Origin: Salpingoeca rosetta
Lineage: Eukaryota; Protista; Choanoflagellata
Length of the DNA: 64,000 bases
Direction of reading: 5' to 3'
NCBI GenBank assembly: GCA_033442325.1
Contig: JAWQFM010000005.1
Coordinates: 1-64,000 of the forward strand
The translations under genes and the position numbers were made by a program. The notes beneath the pieces were generated by a model. That model did not search any database. It saw nothing but the letters and a program-made list of their open reading frames with translations, and had not been told where the DNA came from. Of this stretch, positions 56,543-64,000 are shown in pieces (positions within the stretch are counted from its first letter, which is position 1; each line of letters starts with the position of its first letter).

Positions 56543-56945
56543 ACATAGTGCAAGACCAGAGATAGTCTGTGTTAAGAATAGCACGCGATCACACGATCAC
56601 CCCGAGGCGTCTGCCGCCGCCATCGCCATCCATCACAGCATCACCACTGCATTGGAGTTGTCACCGTCACCATCGCCACCACCACTTGTAGCACTTGCGC
56701 TTCTTTCTCACCCCATCCCTCTCTCGCTCTCTCCCATTTTCCTTGCGTTTGGATGTTCAGAGCATGCGCTGGACGCACGCTCCATGGCTGAGGTGTACAG
56801 GGAGCTGTCTGGGCAGGACATCTGCCAAACCATCAATGCCTTCAACACCCACGCACCACACCTCCCCCACTCCCTCTTCATCGATCAGCCGCAAGCGGTC
56901 GCCGCCATCCAAAAATACCCCACCATCCTGCGCTGCAGAAATTGA
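50956..56945 (+). CDS. Type II membrane glycosyltransferase, RAY1-like architecture (GT-A domain plus degenerate second domain)
   Basis: [23 protein letters not shown] anchor and His-rich stem. Then [78 protein letters not shown]. Later exons include [19 protein letters not shown]. Stop at 56943-56945. Confidence 0.7.
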
Positions 56946-57098
56946 TACGAAGATATTAGTAAATCGTCCCCATCCGAAGCCAGCTGGTGTTGTTTGTTGT
57001 TGTTTGTTGTTGGTGGATGAGCAGTTCCAGCCAGTCAACAGCATCCATATCCGCACCCCAGCACACCCGATCAATCTCAAACCAGCACTGAGTTCAGC

Positions 57099-61564
<4,466 letters not shown>

Positions 61565-61831
61565 ATGCAATGTCACATCCCATCACGTGTTGCTTTGCTG
61601 CCTGGTCGTGTTCTTGTGTGCAAGAGGTGTCTTTCTTCCTTCTTCAGCCGTTTCCCTTTTGTGTGGCTTTCCTTACGTTGTCGATGCGTGGTTCGACGTT
61701 GTTGGTTTGATCGGCGTTTACATTACAATGCACGAGTGTGACAACTTATGAAGCAGCAACGGGAGGGCTAACGACAGATATTGGTGCAGGAGGCAAGGGG
61801 GAGAAGCACGCGTCAGAGCGAGCGCGAAACC

Positions 61832-61939
<108 letters not shown>

Positions 61940-61947
61940 CTCGCTCT

Positions 61948-64000
<2,053 letters not shown>

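Overview
Intron-rich unicellular eukaryote DNA with short GT-AG introns full of (CA/GT)n and a TTAGGG telomere. It resembles a choanoflagellate such as Salpingoeca (inferred from style and gene content, not searched). Most long ORFs in the track are microsatellite read-throughs, so genes were rebuilt by hand from splice sites. 1-4087: 3' end of a UBR1-type E3 ligase and an intronless Mss116-like DEAD-box helicase. After an exactly 100-N spacer a (CCCTAA)n telomere starts, so the rest reads as a chromosome left end. The ~16 kb subtelomere holds a 74-bp satellite, a solitary intact 5S rRNA gene and decayed genes (exostosin; GGV-x-NG-x-IYGIP repeat protein). A gene-dense block follows: WSC-GH3 xylosidase-like gene (internally deleted), RCC1, CEP350-like gene (antisense gene fragment inside an intron), Gal-3-O-sulfotransferase-WSC fusion, a probable mitochondrial membrane protein, an intron-containing secreted NamZ/DUF1343 muramidase, a RAY1-like glycosyltransferase, WASP and the 3' part of PPIP5K/VIP1. 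Top leads: (i) a domesticated bacterial-type peptidoglycan hydrolase; (ii) a ~600-bp random-looking block lying exactly where a required sulfotransferase exon is missing, possibly an artefact; (iii) several glycan-enzyme genes near the telomere.
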